From Eledone cirrhosa (Eukaryota), in assembly GCA_964016885.1 (NCBI GenBank), contig OZ024740.1, positions 414,036,001 to 414,100,000 of the forward strand: a DNA stretch of 64,000 bases. Direction: 5' to 3'. Each line of letters opens with the position of its first letter. Position 1 is the stretch's first letter. Shown piece by piece: positions 61,501 through 64,000 of this stretch. The notes beneath the pieces are model-generated. The model was not told where the DNA came from. It saw only the letters and a program-made list of their open reading frames with translations, and did not search any database. The position numbers and the translations under genes were made by a program.

Positions 61501-62354
61501 TATCAAAAGTGTATATTGAGTTAAAAACTCACAAAAGCCCCCTATAGTTAAAATAAATAAAGCTCAAGGAGAAAAAGTTTTTCCGAGGCTTATAATAATG
61601 TAAGGAGAGACGAACACAGATATATAGTTATATATTTTCAAATCACAAGGGACAGAGACCGCCAGGGTAAAGAAAATATTGACTAAAATAGTATCGTTCA
61701 TAAAACCCAATCAAAAGGATAAATTGAGAAAAATGAACTTACCATGATAACTATCATGTACCCGGACAGTTTATGGTGAAAACTGTTTCACCAAATTCAG
61801 TGAGGTGAATTATTAGGGTGGTGCTTCTCTCCACTACTATATTTGGTAGAAGACTAAATAACAAGTGTGTTAAAAGAGAGACTATTATAAGCCTCGGAAA
61901 ATTGTGAGTTTTTAACTCAATATATACTTTTGATATATTTTCTCCATCGCTTCTGCTGAGCTTTCATATATCGAATGGTTCTGGCTGCTAATTTTTTAGT
62001 AACCTTATGTTCTATTCGTTCCGCCTGGCACTTTATTTCCATGTGCTCTCTCTTTTAACACACGTGTTATTTAGTCTTCTACCAAATATAGTAGTGGAGA
62101 GAATATTGATGTGGGTAGCCACTGAGAAGCACCACCCTAATAATTCTCCTCACTGAATTTGGTGAAACAGTTCTCACCATAAACTGTCCGGGTACATGAT
62201 AGTTATCATGGTAAGTTCATTTTTCTCAATTTATCCTTTTGATTGGGTTTTGTGAACCATACTATTTTAGTCAATATTTTCTTTACCCTGGCGCTCTCTG
62301 TTCCTTGTTATTTGAAAATATATAACTATATATCTCCGTTCGTCTCTCCTTACA
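61501..62354. mobile_element. Two permuted H2-family units in inverted orientation
   Basis: 61599-61880 mirrors 62047-62354, and 61501-61596 mirrors 61883-61935. Hammerhead-like CTGAGAA...GAAA-CAGTT...AACTG-TC at 62122-62188. Confidence 0.7.
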
Positions 62355-62355
62355 G

Positions 62356-62387
<32 letters not shown>

Positions 62388-64000
62388 CATTACATTACAT
62401 ACATATATGTGTATGCCTGTGTATGTGTCTCTGTGTGTCAGTGGGTATATGTGTGTATCAAACCAAACACTTGATGGTGTCCATATTAATTATATGAAGG
62501 CAAATTTGAAGGATAAGCGACAGAAGAAGAAAGAATGAGAGAAAGACTGAAATTAAGTTATAACAATCCAACATTGCTCCTCGGAACTTGGTAATTTCTC
62601 TAACAACTAAAAGTGTGGTGTTGTATTTTGTTATGTTGTGTTTTGTGGTGGGGTTGTTGAATTTGGTCTTTTGTTTTATGCATTGTTAATGTTTTATGCA
62701 TTGTTAATGTTTTATTTCGATCACTTAAGTCTGTTTATTTCTTTAAACTAATTAGACAAACAAAATCTGTCTATGAATCCTAAATCAATGGAAGGAAATA
62801 TTTGTCTTTGTTCACAGCAGATCATTCGTATTTCTGGGAACATCGTTAATAAAATCTTTCTTTTATTCTTATATTCAATTTATCTCCACTAAATTACTAC
62901 CCTAGTCGCTGATATTCACATTAAACTATTTCTTTCTATCTCTTTTTCTCTCTCTCTTCATTTGTTTCATCTAAGGTGTGATACTGCTGATGGTTGTTAT
63001 GATCATGATCATGTTGTGGTTGGCGAACAGCTTTATTTCAATATACTTCCAGACAAAAAGAATTTTGTTCTCCTTCATCTAAGTGTGTGTCCGTGTATCT
63101 ATTGCCTATACAACTTGGTGTCAGTCCGTGTATATCTTTGTTTTCAATCTGTTTCTATGCATTTGTGTCATTTTGCTTCTGTCTGTGTATGTATGTGTAT
63201 CAGTCAGAGTATTTCTATATGTTTATCTACTTTGGTAATTGCATTTATATATGTGTACGTAGAAGCATGTGGGTATATGTTTCTGTTTTTACCTGTGTCT
63301 GTACTTTTGTCTAAACCTGTGTGCGAGTGGGGTTTTTTTTAAGTTGTATGTGTTAAACAAATTATCCGTCCACTGAATAAATACACAGCTCGAATTAATA
63401 TCATATTAAGTACCTTCACACTATTCGGTTTATTTTTCTAATCTTACAATGAATATGCTTTTTACTATTTGTATTTTGTATGCTAAGACAAAAGGAAAGC
63501 ATAGAGAAATTAAAACACCACGATTTAAGTGAGTGGGTAAATGAATAAAAGAGATAATGGGTGGTCGACTGAGTTACACACACAGAGAGATGGTTAGAAA
63601 AGGTTGAAAATAGGAGTGCGTGTATGTGAGACAGACAAACAGATGGCTGTTGGACTTGATAAATGTTTTGTACGTCACGTACTTTACTGTACAAAAGACC
63701 TTTCAGCTTTAAACACTAATTTATTTAAATGCTAAAATGCAGCGAGCAAGAAATAAGCTTCCGGCAAGTCGTGGCAACAATGTGGTTTCCTTTCCACATT
63801 GAAAACCATTTCATTCACGACTCGAATGCCTTTGGCTGAGAGTTTTGCATGGTTGCCCCCTCACCCTTGCAATGTTTTCGTTGTTGATTTATTGTGTTTA
63901 ATTTTTATATGTATGTGAAGATGCGTGTATTCTAGCACTGAGGAAAGAAAGCTGTTTACCTCCAAATCCTCATTTCAGTTAATGCTTGCAGCTCTAGTGT

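Overview
This window is repeat-saturated, AT-rich eukaryotic DNA, intergenic or intronic, with no recognisable host gene. The (TA)n/(GT)n/(GATA)n/(TAA)n load and the tRNA-derived SINE family are most consistent with a cephalopod (octopus-like) genome, which is an inference. Almost all long ORFs are retroelements. (i) A young Penelope-like element (RT thumb plus GIY-YIG) forms a 3.4-kb palindrome at 2243-5689. (ii) There are three R4/Dong-clade RLE LINEs, one near-intact at 27779-31711. (iii) A Tx1-clade LINE sits in (TAA)n, and four related Tx1 LINEs form a head-to-tail array punctuated by (GATA)n at 46461-61441. (iv) There are CR1-group, RTE, mariner, Tc1-like and Chapaev3-like relics, and about 9 SINEs. 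Reading the non-coding DNA by eye reveals a dense set of type I hammerhead-ribozyme motifs, some intact and some decayed. They belong to several unrelated small element families embedded in (TA)n, including a roughly 540-bp terminally redundant retrozyme-like unit and a family that snaps back inside the ribozyme stem II. Other notable signals are a splice-donor consensus overlapping the ORF1 stop codon in both Tx1 families, a covarying pseudoknot in the Dong 5' UTR, and composite and tailless SINE insertions. Most short ORFs in the supplied track are microsatellite or antisense artefacts. All RNA folds were done by eye and need computational or experimental confirmation.
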